64,000 bases of DNA from Eledone cirrhosa (taxonomy: Eukaryota). Made by a program: the position numbers and the translations under genes. Below the pieces are notes generated by a model, which was given only the letters and a program-made list of their open reading frames with translations, did not search any database and was not told the DNA's origin. Of this stretch, positions 63,641 through 64,000 are shown piece by piece. Location of the stretch: contig OZ024742.1 of NCBI GenBank assembly GCA_964016885.1, positions 308,078,001 through 308,142,000 of the forward strand. Reading direction: 5' to 3'. Every line of letters starts with the position of its first letter. The stretch's first letter is position 1.

Positions 63641-64000
63641 ATGTGTGTGTTTGCGTGTATGTGTATGTGTTTTTGTATGTGTGTATGCTGATGTGTACAT
63701 GAAGAGAGTAAGGTAGAGACGAATCTTGTCGAACAATAGCTTCCTCTGATCAGTAAAATTGGTTACAATTGTTCCTTCGGGTTCATTATTGTTCACCATA
63801 CAGCGTTCAGTAGACGCGTCGTCTGCAGAGATATATCATATGAAAAGAAATCTCTTTTTATTCATGATCTACTATTGTTTCTAATTCGGTCGCCATCAGC
63901 ATACTTATCACAATTTAGTTTTTATCAATCCGACATACCTATGTCTGAATGTTTTACGTTGGATGAAATGCTGCTTTCTTAAAATATACATTGTATTTAC

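Overview
AT-rich animal genomic DNA, probably from an octopus or other mollusc (inferred from the SINE types, a mollusc-like 5S sequence and extreme TA-microsatellite load; not verified). About a third of the window is interrupted (TA)n, which accounts for almost all of the long Y/I/M/C ORFs. The only convincing host gene is an intronless KCTD8/12/16-type BTB protein (13795-14553, +). The rest is transposon debris: three SINE families, Tx1-, CR1- and RTE-type LINE fragments, Tc1/mariner and hAT remnants, and a 5S rRNA pseudogene fused to a SINE. The main result is a set of at least eight short, sequence-unrelated, non-coding element families, most copies of which sit inside (TA)n tracts. Most have an inverted-repeat plus one-sided-tail (fold-back) layout and carry complete or partial type I hammerhead ribozyme motifs. 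They include a 310-bp tandem array with intact hammerheads, a CAGAAGA core variant and a hammerhead with a ~105-nt stem II. They resemble Penelope-like pseudo-LTR remnants or retrozymes. All folds were traced by eye; ribozyme activity, family names and novelty are untested.
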